A stretch of DNA of 59,634 bases, filler included, from Asterionella formosa (Eukaryota): NCBI GenBank assembly GCA_002256025.1. It is 11 parts of 11 records of this genome, joined end to end, with 100 filler letters (N's around TTAATTAATTAA, not from the genome) between each part and the next. Parts side by side here need not be neighbours in the genome. Positions count along the whole stretch, not along the records: positions 21,754 to 27,088 come from NKIB01013113.1; positions 27,189 to 32,522 come from NKIB01013114.1; positions 32,623 to 37,948 come from NKIB01013116.1; 8 more parts are not named here. One strand, written 5' to 3'. The translations under genes were made by a program, and so were the position numbers. Below the pieces are notes generated by a model. That model was not told the DNA's origin and did no database searches. It saw only the letters and a list, made by a program, of their open reading frames with translations. This document shows positions 24,765-34,777 of the stretch, in pieces. How positions within the stretch are numbered: position 1 is the first letter of the stretch; every line of letters begins with the position of its first letter.

Positions 24765-26748
24765 TTAGTTTTTATTCGTCCGCTCGTGTGTGCGTGCCAT
24801 AGACCTTCTCTCCATAGTTTCCCTTGCTCGCGGTAGTTCTCGCTCGAGCGAGAGCGGCGGTGACACTTTATCCAATGACACGAAAAAATCCTTCCGCATC
24901 GCCTTTTTCTGGTCACTAACAGTTGCTGCAACTCGACGCAAATGAGGTAAAACACGAAGCGCTTCAACTTTATGTAATCCTCCAACAACCATAAGGTCGT
25001 CTTCGCTGATTTTTTCATCGCAACAAGCCGGACCCATGCGTTCGAAAAGATCCATAGTTATTCTTTTTGCTTTCTCCCTAGCAAAACCAGGACCACCTTC
25101 CTTTCTGGAAAGAGTGAGGAACTTCATCATTGCACTGTGCATCAAATACGGAATCGCGACCATTGCTTGGTCGACAGATGCCTTCGCATCGCTTTGAAGT
25201 TCGATATCATTATGTAGGTCGTGCATCAAGTCCAATGCTGCTTGCATGCTTCCATAATCGCTTGCGGTTTTCAGGAATCGTAGCGCTACATGCTGTTGAT
25301 GCTGCAGAGTGTTGTCCTGAGTGATGNNNNNNNNNNNNNNNNNNNNNNNNNNNNNNNNNNNNNNNNNNNNNNNNNNNNNNNNNNNNNNNNNNNNNNNNNN
25401 NNNNNNNNNNNNNNNNNNNNNNNNNNNNNNNNNNNNNNNNNNNNNNNNNNNNNNNNNNNNNNNNNNNNNNNNNNNNNNNNNNNNNNNNNNNNNNNNNNNN
25501 NNNNNNNNNNNNNNNNNNNNNNNNNNNNNNNNNNNNNNNNNNNNNNNNNNNNNNNNNNNNNNNNNNNNNNNNNNNNNNNNNNNNNNNNNNNNNNNNNNNN
25601 NNNNNNNNNNNNNNNNNNNNNNNNNNNNNNNNNNNNNNNNNNNNNNNNNNNNNNNNNNNNNNNNNNNNNNNNNNNNNNNNNNNNNNNNNNNNNNNNNNNN
25701 NNNNNNNNNNNNNNNNNNNNNNNNNNNNNNNNNNNNNNNNNNNNNNNNNNNNNNNNNNNNNNNNNNNNNNNNNNNNNNNNNNNNNNNNNNNNNNNNNNNN
25801 NNNNNNNNNNNNNNNNNNNNNNNNNNNNNNNNNNNNNNNNNNNNNNNNNNNNNNNNNNNNNNNNNNNNNNNNNNNNNNNNNNNNNNNNNNNNNNNNNNNN
25901 NNNNNNNNNNNNNNNNNNNNNNNNNGCATGGTTGTCCCATGAGTTGCCAACTCTCTTGCCCGCTCCCGGTGCCTTGTTTTCCTCGACTTCTTCATTCTCT
26001 GCTTTGGTATATACTTTGGTACAGGAATACTCATGTTTACGGGTTTCCCGTTAATAAAAACGTTCAACTTACTAGATTCCCAAAAGAAATATTTGGTATC
26101 TGTATGATTGTCTTTTTCTGTGGCCGATGGCTCAGAGCGGCACACGGCAGGAGCACTTTTTCTGTAAACGTCGATTGATTCATTGCTCATTTTACTAGTC
26201 ATGATTCGATCATTTGTATCATCTACAAAGTCGATATCATCTATCTTCACGCTGTTTCTCTCTTCCATAATCTCTGTTTTGGCCAAAACACTGTTCTTGG
26301 TAAGATCACAAGGGCACTCTGCTTGGAGCGTTGGTCGCGGGAAACGTATTTCTGAACAGCTGCAATGGCAAACGGCTTGTTCAAGAATCTGGCGAGAATT
26401 TTTAATCAACTTGTGGTATCCCTGATAAGATTTCGCGGTTACAAGGTTGGAATCCGGTTGATTTGATTGCGTCAGTCCGAAGGCCCTCTCGACGGAGTTC
26501 ACGTTGGGATGAGGTGTACTCTGGAATCGATGATCGTGTCCCGATACAACAATTGTAGAGTCAACTCCGACTCCTATATATTCAAGATCTCCACAATGGG
26601 TTTCCGATGTATTGTTTTTCTTCTCACGCTTCGAAAATACATCGTTGTTGTTCATTTCGCCCGTGGCCTTGAGCGAAACCAATCGTGAGGATCGACGACC
26701 ACGGGACTTCGTTTTGCCAACAAGATCTTTTGTTCCCACAATCATCAT
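24765..26748 (-). CDS. Hypothetical protein spanning a 599-N scaffold gap (low-complexity N-terminus, helical C-terminus)
   Basis: Long open frames on both sides of the gap at 25327-25925, convergent with OSCA. No family recognised. Confidence 0.5.
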
Positions 26749-27088
26749 GACAGATAAATGAAATCTATTACCTTCTAATCGGATTGAAACGAGTGGATCA
26801 GTGGACAATGATGTGGTGCAGGAGACAAAGGATAAATCAACTGATGAAATAGAGTGGTGCTGGGAGTACTGTTTAACTCCAAGGGGATCATCAACAAAAT
26901 AAATGTATGTGCATATCATGATTGTGAATACATAGCTAATACAGTACTAAGCGTGATAATTTACCACGTATTACGCGCCCTCCTTTCTGGTTCATCAGTC
27001 ATTTCGCTCGTTCACACCATCATGTGTGCGTGATTGCCGGGCAATTAGTGCTGATAATAATACGAATAATAGCTAGTACGGATGACTA

Positions 27089-27188
27089 NNNNNNNNNNNN
27101 NNNNNNNNNNNNNNNNNNNNNNNNNNNNNNNNTTAATTAATTAANNNNNNNNNNNNNNNNNNNNNNNNNNNNNNNNNNNNNNNNNNNN
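27089..27188. other. Artificial contig linker
   Basis: N44-TTAATTAATTAA-N44. Confidence 0.98.
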
Positions 27189-27357
27189 TTACTGGTAGTT
27201 TATAATGGTAGCGTCATTCAATTTCCGCCACAAAAATCAGAATTATAACACGTTACTTTGTCTATGTCTAGAAAATTATTGGGTGTTTGGTGCCACCTCG
27301 AAAAAAATGTACAGGGGGGTCCTGCAACCTCAGGGGGGTCCAGGACAATGAAGTATA
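27189..27357 (-). mobile_element. End of a dispersed DNA-transposon-like repeat (family A)
   Basis: Reverse complement matches 41929-42070 (TACTTCA.TGT.CTGGACCCCC..TGTACATTTTTTCGAGGTGGCACCAAA..TTTTTGTGGCGGAAATTGAATGAC). A related terminus occurs at about 51638. Confidence 0.75.
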
Positions 27358-27749
27358 CGGTAGGCAAGTACTGTACCACCGAAAAACTGGCTGAGAGTCA
27401 ACATTTGGAAGATTTTGAACTGAGAGTCAAAGTTAAATCGAGTGAAGTCACGTTTTGGACTAAATATGCAAGATAAGAACAAAATTATTCAGGCAATGTT
27501 GTCGCGATTTTTATGCTAACCAATAATGATCGTGATTTGAACTCGTCAATTAGCTTGCGTTTCTTCCATATTTAGTCCCAAAGGTAACTGTCGATGAGAA
27601 ATGAAATGAAAAAGCTAAATTAAGTTTTACACCATTCAGCTAGAATCACCTTTTATGGTATGTACCCGTATGCAGCTATCAGAAAGTTTTGCCATCGATA
27701 GATTCATTAAGGGTCTGTACAGATTTGTTCTTTGTTAGTACAAAATATG

Positions 27750-27813
27750 GGTGAATGGCTTAGTCGTTAGCACACAAGTTGCGGTGGCAGGTTCGATTCC
27801 TTCATTCTCCACC
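27750..27813 (+). ncRNA. tRNA-derived pseudogene or SINE head
   Basis: A-box-like TGGCTTAGTCG; T-arm GCAGG-TTCGATT-CCTTC; acceptor GGTGAAT/ATTCTCC plus ACC; downstream T-run. The anticodon arm is shortened, so it is not a functional tRNA. Confidence 0.5.
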
Positions 27814-29229
27814 TGTCTTTTTCTTGTAGTCCCTACTAGGGTTCCAGGGGGTGTGGCTGACGAAAATACAGGTCCCGTTGTACCGTACGGATGAATAAAA
27901 CTGGTACTAATTGTGTCCATTTTTTCATTTTTTTGGGCACGAGTGTGATTATTGGATACCTTTAACATACTATAAGATTTGATTGATAATTTGTTGGTAC
28001 AAAATTTGCAACTACGTCATTGTGCTTACTCCTCTACCTAAATGCAGAACATCAGCTGCAAGCTCTCAGTGCAACTACCTGAAACAGTACATATGAGATT
28101 ATTTCATGAAATCACCACAATCACCTCCTGTGAACTGAGTTGAAACAAGAGGAGGACCACCAGACAGATGAGAAATTAAAGTGATTGATATGTGAGGTCT
28201 GAACAAATTCTTGACAAAAATACTTTGTACTGTTATGATGGGCACTTAAACCCAGGTAGCTGGTACCACCACAAAGGTAATAAAAAAAGTTTTAGTGGTA
28301 CAATCAAGTAAAAAAAGACATGATGGTTTGGGCGTAAAAATCTTCATGTATAGATTAAAAAAGATGTACTGAAAGACACCAATATGAGTCAAAATGGGTA
28401 AAATAAAATGGCTTAGATCCTCTTCATATCTGGCAGTATGTTCTTCTTTAGAAATGCTAAAATGATAGCTATCCCTGTTCTATCGAGTACAATAAAGTTT
28501 GTATTCGGTTCGAATTTTATCATGAATAAGAAACTTCAATAATTTTAGTCGGAAGAAGGAGTTATTAAATGTTGAGTCTCAGTTTTTATGTGGTACTGTT
28601 ATCTTTGTTGCTAGCCATCGTGTTAGTTTTCGCTATTGACCTTACTCTGTCAATTCTCAATTGTTCTTAAAAATAAGATTAAACTAAAACCTAGTTTCAA
28701 GCCCATTCATAAGACTTTGAGAACCTGTTCAAGGCACATCAATGCATGTGAGTCTTCATCTTCTTTACAAGGTCTTCGATTTCCACTTGACCATCATGTT
28801 GATAACACTGCTTCTGTAGTGCTGGATTGAATTAGCCAGAGTCAATGGCATGTCATCGTAAGCCAAAATATAAAAAATTTCATACCTTCTATAGCCCACT
28901 TGTACTCCCCTCTTTCAAGGCAAGTATTCAATTGCTGTGCTACCTGCTGACAAGACCTGTGCTTCCCTAGTTTTGTTAGTGCAGGTGAGTCCCCAACCAC
29001 CTTTCGCGAAAGGCGATTGTCTTAGCCGCAGCGTTAGGTGAAACTCCGACCGCCTAGGAAGGCGGCACAAAATGCTTGTAGGGGGCAACCCACTATTTCT
29101 TGCACACCAGGCAAGACCATGCAGGACAGTAAGAAGGAGAGTGGGAGTCGAACCCAACAATTGCTTCTCAGAAAATTGCGGGAATCAAACCTCACAGCCT
29201 CAGATCAAAGGCAACGTTCTAAACCACTA

Positions 29230-29800
29230 AGCCACTCCCTTGGTAAGCCAAATATACTGAGGAGCTTGTCTAGAAAAATTTCGTTCCTCTGATAGACATG
29301 AATGATCTAACACTTCCCCTTGCCCCTTTCATTTCTCCTTTGGTGAAAGGTTTCATTGGGTATTCTCCTTTGACACAGGCAGCAACACATATATGCAACT
29401 CCCTGCCTCTCTACAAGCAATTTCTGCATGACACTTTGATGTAAAAATGACATCATGGCAAATAACTCCAAGCTCGGTCTTTCAAGAAGCTAGTACGCAT
29501 TGACATGATGTGTCTCAAACTTGCATCAAAGTTGACAATACATCTGTTTCTTGCCGTCCAGTGAAAGTGGTATAGAAAGGTAAGATTTTGCCATCAATCA
29601 ACTCTCTTTCCCACAAGACGTGCATCAACCCCTTCACCTTGCTTGTTGCCTTCACAGCCTTCCTTGAATTGTATTGCTTGTCTTGCTTGTAGTTTCAATT
29701 TCATACTTCGAAAAAATAATCTGATGCTAGCATTTGTTTTTACCTTTGGTGTTTGCTCCTCTTGAAGCAAGGTCAGCAATCAATTCTGGCCTAGTTCTGT
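29230..29800 (-). mobile_element. Decayed Tc1/mariner-superfamily (IS630-like DDE) transposase, C-terminal part
   Basis: Manual translation: KGLMHVLWERELID (29603-29634), SLRHIMS, VIFTSKCHAEIA (compare TPKxHxELAGEGIEY), RNFSRQAPQY. Confidence 0.65.
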
Positions 29801-31275
29801 CCAGGGATTGGATGCTGGAAAGGGAGCTAGAAGAAGATGTACTATAATCAGAACCTGAAGAGCATGGCGTCGTCGCTAAGCAGCCTGGGAGGAAGAGGCT
29901 AGAGGCATATTTAACAAATTCGGTCAACACAAAGACAAATTTTGGGAGTATGATTAAAAGAATTGTGTAATACTAGCTATGTCAGCACAAATTTACTTGT
30001 GATTTCAGATCGTACACACTACTGGCTAAAAGTACTATAAAGAGATAATCAAATAAGTAGACAAATAATTGAAATTTATATTTTCATTTGCTTCTACAAG
30101 ACTTCCAACTTTTCATGATTTATCACATTAAAAGTAATTCGATTGGCATTGACTGGTTCGAAAATCGCGTGCCTTGCTTCTGATTGAGGTGTGACTAAAA
30201 TCTATCCTAATTCTAAAAACTAATAATTCATTAAGAAGCAAAGTTTTATTTGCAGTTTGCAGACAGATTAATTAGGAAATAAAACATTCTATTCGAATCA
30301 AGTTATGTTCGACGAAGTACCAAGCTACTGTTTTTAGGTGTTGCATATAATCTATCATCACATGACCTGTAAGATTGATTCTATCATCACAAAGAAGTAA
30401 AGAAATTCATAAAGCAAATTACATTTGGATTTTGCTGACAGATTACTAAGCCAAACTTTGAAAGAGATTCGGCTCAATTGATTTATGATTAGGATATAGT
30501 AATGGAATAAATATCAAATCGAATATGCTGTGCGTACTAAATTGTTTAGATTGTACACGTCAACATTCATCATCTGCTCATTGACTTCACGCAAAGGAAT
30601 ACCAAGAGCAAGACACACGCACCAGGATGCTGATTGGATACTAAAGATGTAATAGTTTTGAAGTCGATATGATAATTTTGGTAATCGAGTTCGTCAGATT
30701 TCTTGTTAAGGATGTACCGATGAATTGGGACGTTAGAAATACATGTGTGCTGGGCTTCTTGATAATGATGCGGCGGTGAATGAAGACAAAAGAAATGGGT
30801 ACCTAAGATTTTTCATGGAACTTGTTTTGGATTGAGTTCGGTGTATGGAGACGAATGTATAATATGCCATACTATCAAAAATGATAAAGTGGTTATAAAT
30901 AGGATTACGTTCCCAATCTAAGGTTACAGCTTGTTCCTTAGATCCTTCTGATAATCACAGCGAGGATTAAATGCACAAAGTTACATTTTCTAGTTATCAA
31001 TGCCATCTTCAGATGCGCTTATAATAAGGCCGGGGTGCGATTCATTCAGAAATAGAAGTCTAGCTTTCCCGTTGGATGGCGAAATCCTATCTGTGAAGCA
31101 GTGATATTGGCCTAATGTCGCACTAGATTAGACCAGACAAGCAATGAAAAAAGGAGATCTGAAGTTAAGTTAGGATCTTGGCAGGCTAAGTATCGGGTTT
31201 GTCGTGACAACTCTGCATGCTGGGCTACGAAGTAGAAACCAATTCACTAGCATGATTTGATGCATGGGAGTCTTG

Positions 31276-31902
31276 TCACTTGAACATCCAATCGAACCAT
31301 CCCTTCCTGGTTTCAACTCTTTCTCCCATATAATGCGTGGGAAATAATCCAACTTGGGGTCTTTCTCCTTTCGTTCGACACATGGCATACTGCTTCCCTG
31401 GTCCAGTGTCTTCTCGTAGGACCTCGAGTATGTCACCGTATCTCGCCTTCAAATTCTTGCCTCCTCCAATCCGGTTGTCAATAAGGACTTCAACATCATA
31501 CAGTGCCCTTTGCTTCAAAAGTAACGATAGCTCTGATTTCCATTTTGCCTCTTTCTCCTCCTTTTCTGATTTGATTCTTTTCAAGTACTTCTTTTCTTCT
31601 TTGCTAATCGTTGTAGGTTTGGAGGGTGAATTGATGCGGGTTGTTGTTGTATCCAGGAAATATCGATAACCCAATAGTCCCGTGCCCACGAGCATTGCCA
31701 TTGTCAACAATGTTGACAGTATTTCTTTATCTTGAGCTTGCTGTTCAACTACAGAAGGCGGTATAATAAATGATTCTTCGACTTTTGGCTTGTTGGGTTG
31801 TAGGACATGTCGAAATTCAGCGAATTTCGAGCTCGACGATGAAAGATGACGCTGAGTGCGATGAATACAAAGGCGAGATAAATTGAGGAATGAGTGATGC
31901 AT
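31276..31902 (-). CDS. Single-TM protein with C-terminal SH3-like domain and mitochondrial-presequence-like N-terminus (208 aa)
   Basis: R/S/L-rich acid-free first 27 aa; TM ILSTLLTMAMLVGTGLLGY; ALYD..LKARYGDILEVL..GLFPTHY. Confidence 0.72.
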   Translation of the reverse strand: MHHSFLNLSRLCIHRTQRHLSSSSSKFAEFRHVLQPNKPKVEESFIIPPSVVEQQAQDKEILSTLLTMAMLVGTGLLGYRYFLDTTTTRINSPSKPTTISKEEKKYLKRIKSEKEEKEAKWKSELSLLLKQRALYDVEVLIDNRIGGGKNLKARYGDILEVLREDTGPGKQYAMCRTKGERPQVGLFPTHYMGERVETRKGWFDWMFK

Positions 31903-32097
31903 GGTTATTTATACCTCTGCGGAAGCAAAGTGCGAAATCAAGGCTGATGGCATCAACAAGTCAATCTGAATGAATTTCATTTGTTCTCGAACTGGTGAGA
32001 TTTCTTGTCATGTGTATACTTTCATGTGATTAGCATCCTGCGGATATTCATACTGGTCTAGCTACTAACGTTTTATTGTATATACCTGAAATAAAAA

Positions 32098-32270
32098 TAC
32101 ACGCCCGAGGTGGTCTCATGCCTGCGAGTATGCATGTGTTCGAGGCTGGCTGGCGCGAGGTTGACCGTACGAGTGGCGCCCCCGGCGCTGTGAGAAGGTC
32201 ACCCTACGAGTGCCATCCCAGCCGAGTACACATGTGTATGAGAAGGCATGTAGCCACCGAGAAGGGTATT
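32098..32270 (+). ncRNA. Candidate structured RNA: long imperfect hairpin
   Basis: Nested stems GGTGG/CCACC, CATGCCT/AGGCATG, TATGCATGTGT/ACACATGTGTA, GGCTGG/CCAGCC, TGGCGC/GTGCCA, TGACC/GGTCA, GGCGCC/GGCGCT. Confidence 0.5.
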
Positions 32271-32276
32271 GCTGAA

Positions 32277-32410
32277 GGCAATTCCCGCTCCAGCTATCGT
32301 CTTGCCATTCGGGTACTTCTAAGTAATTATTAGTCTCTAAGTAATTTCTTAAGTAATTTTTATTTAAGGGCAATGTGGGGCACATCGAATTTTTCGGCAA
32401 TAATATTGCC
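32277..32410 (+). mobile_element. End of a dispersed repeat (family B), probable DNA-transposon terminus
   Basis: Matches the reverse complement of 39850-39981: GGCAAT(T)CCC..AGCTATCGTCTTGC..CTAAGTAATT..GGGCAAT.TGGGGCACA..TTTTTCGGCA. Confidence 0.7.
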
Positions 32411-32522
32411 GATTTTAGCATGACAACCAAAATAACGGTAATATGCATGGAGATGGTACAACAAGCGTAAAACACACGAGAATGATTGTAACATGCAACA
32501 TCAATGAAAATTGAACATGATG

Positions 32523-32622
32523 NNNNNNNNNNNNNNNNNNNNNNNNNNNNNNNNNNNNNNNNNNNNTTAATTAATTAANNNNNNNNNNNNNNNNNNNNNN
32601 NNNNNNNNNNNNNNNNNNNNNN
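32523..32622. other. Artificial contig linker
   Basis: N44-TTAATTAATTAA-N44. Confidence 0.98.
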
Positions 32623-32631
32623 CTATTAATA

Positions 32632-32632
32632 T

Positions 32633-32683
<51 letters not shown>

Positions 32684-32870
32684 AACAACAATAACAACAA
32701 TAACAACAATAACAACAATAACAACAATAACAACAATAACAACAATAACAACAATAATAATAACAATAACAACATAACAACAATAACAATAACAATAACA
32801 ACAATAATAATAACAATAACAACATAACAACAATAACAACAATAATAATAACAATAACAACATAACAACA
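32632..32870 (+). repeat. Compound microsatellite (AAC)n(AATAACAAC)n
   Basis: Read directly. Confidence 0.97.
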
Positions 32871-32888
32871 TCTGAAAAAAATCATGCG

Positions 32889-34659
32889 ATGAATGAAAAT
32901 ATCGGCGGAAATGTGGCAGACAACACTTCAGAAGTAGAAATGGTTGAAAAGTTGCAAAACCAAGAAGCATATCTCACTATCCGTCCAGAACATCAAGATG
33001 AACATCATGAAAGCAGAGAAACTATTGCATTTCTAAAAGAACCGATATTCAAGAAAAAGTCTGAGCTAGATCAAGACCTCGAATTCAAGAAGATCAATGC
33101 AGACAGAGATGCGATGCTGGCTAAGGCAGTTGATGCTCTGAATAGGGACAGAAGTCAGAAACACAAAATTGACTCTTTTTCCAAATCATACATGGAAGAA
33201 AAGAATTTCTTTGTAAAATTATCGAGAACAATCCCGAAGGCAGCTACTTTTGTGAAGAGTCGGCATGTGAAATGTGTAGAGTTATTATGCCAAAGCAAAC
33301 GGCATTTTCCTTGAGTTTGCCGAAATCGCATGGACAACTAAAATTGTGGAAAGATTTGTACACTCGTAACCCGCAAGATATATGCAATTACGCCTCTGTA
33401 TTTTATGGAGTCAAAGGTATCCAAAAATCATCTTCAGATTTTAAAGATCTTGCATATTGGGACCTTGAAACAATTACCTCTATGATCCATTATATAATTC
33501 ATGAACTTCATCCAAGTGATGTAAAGCAAGGTTATATTTGATCTGGATGAGAACCCAGAAAGGGTAATAACAATCCATATAAATACCAAGGTGATTGTCA
33601 TCCACTTCATCACGGAAGTAACTGTGCTAATTGTGTATTGTAAAAGATCAGATGAGGAAGAAAACCATCATGTTGTCCATTATCTTTTTGCTATAAATGA
33701 TGGATTATGTCAAGTCCGTGATCCAGGAAAAGATGCAAGTGTGGATGAACATTATGATCAAGTATTTCACCTTGCCCGTAAGTACTGCATCATCCCCGGA
33801 TGCAGAAAAGAATTGGAATTGTTATGCACCGATACAGGATATCTTCCACAAGAATCCCATAGACCTGAAGAAATTGGTTTCTCGGAATCTTTCTATACTG
33901 GCACCAAAGCAGGCACCATTGCAGATCAATATGGCCACTGAACATGATTCCATGTTATTTCAACCAGAAGATGACAGTGGATGGTCATGTGGACCTTTTA
34001 CAATTGTGAAAGTGTTGGAAACTCTATTGCAATTAGAAAGGAAAGGAATGGCATAACCAAATTTCTTGGCAAACGGGCACATTTCCGTTTGGATACTGAG
34101 TCCTGGAAAGCTTTAAAACGTCAGGTGGTAGCAACAGATCGAACAGACGATTTCTTATCCATTACATCTGACCCCCCACCAACCAAGTCAACATACTTTC
34201 ATCTTGGAACAGTTTGGCCTCACCAAGTGACCACGAGAAGCAAATTCTCGTGAGGATATGTTTCAGTTGGAAATAACTGCTCTTCAATTTTGTATCGACA
34301 AAATTTTGACATCCTATTTAGATTTAAAAATGTTGAACGAAGCATTTGGACGAGTTCCTTGTAACTCTTCTTTCAAGAAGAATGAAGTTGTCTACTTAAA
34401 ATCAATAATACAACAAAGTAATGACAGTCTTGCTCCCTTCAAATGGTATAATCATGCACCTCTTGGCAAAATTTCTGGATGCATCAAAATTGACAAAAAG
34501 TTGAAAGAAAATTTTGTATCTGATGATAGCCCTTCTGGAATCAACTTGAAAAAGTTTGCAGACTCATATCGAACTGCTGTTGAAAAGTGGAGAAGCAAAA
34601 TTTCGGACGAAACGAGAAGGACCATCTTAGGTTCTTTGGGAGTGAAAAAGAACAAATAA
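32889..34659 (+). pseudogene. Fragmented ORF containing a Ulp1/C48 SUMO-peptidase-like catalytic Cys motif
   Basis: Co-oriented ORFs 32889..33314, 33272..33541, 33697..34056, 34258..34659. FQPEDDSGWSCGPF at about 33960-34000 fits QxDxxxCG. The catalytic His was not confidently located. Confidence 0.55.
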
Positions 34660-34777
34660 TGGACCATTGGATAATCATTTCTTAGGAAATTTTAGTTTGT
34701 GAAAACCTCATAATAACCAATTTAGTATGCGAAACTATATTGCTACGATTATCATTTATATTATTATTATATATGTA

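Noticed and set aside
25290..26178. Long ORFs made mostly of X (also 57750-58238)
   Set aside because: Artifacts of N gaps.
32103..32130. Resemblance of GGTGGTCTCATGCCTG to the Alu/7SL 5' end
   Set aside because: No SRP helix 6/8 motifs downstream, and these bases pair with the 3' arm of the long hairpin, so it is not called SRP RNA.
32567..32970. Poly-Leu/Cys/Val ORFs (also 37699-38004) and a possible poly-Asn extension of the Ulp1-like ORF
   Set aside because: Microsatellite translations. An in-frame TAA at 32817-32819 blocks a continuous poly-Asn frame.
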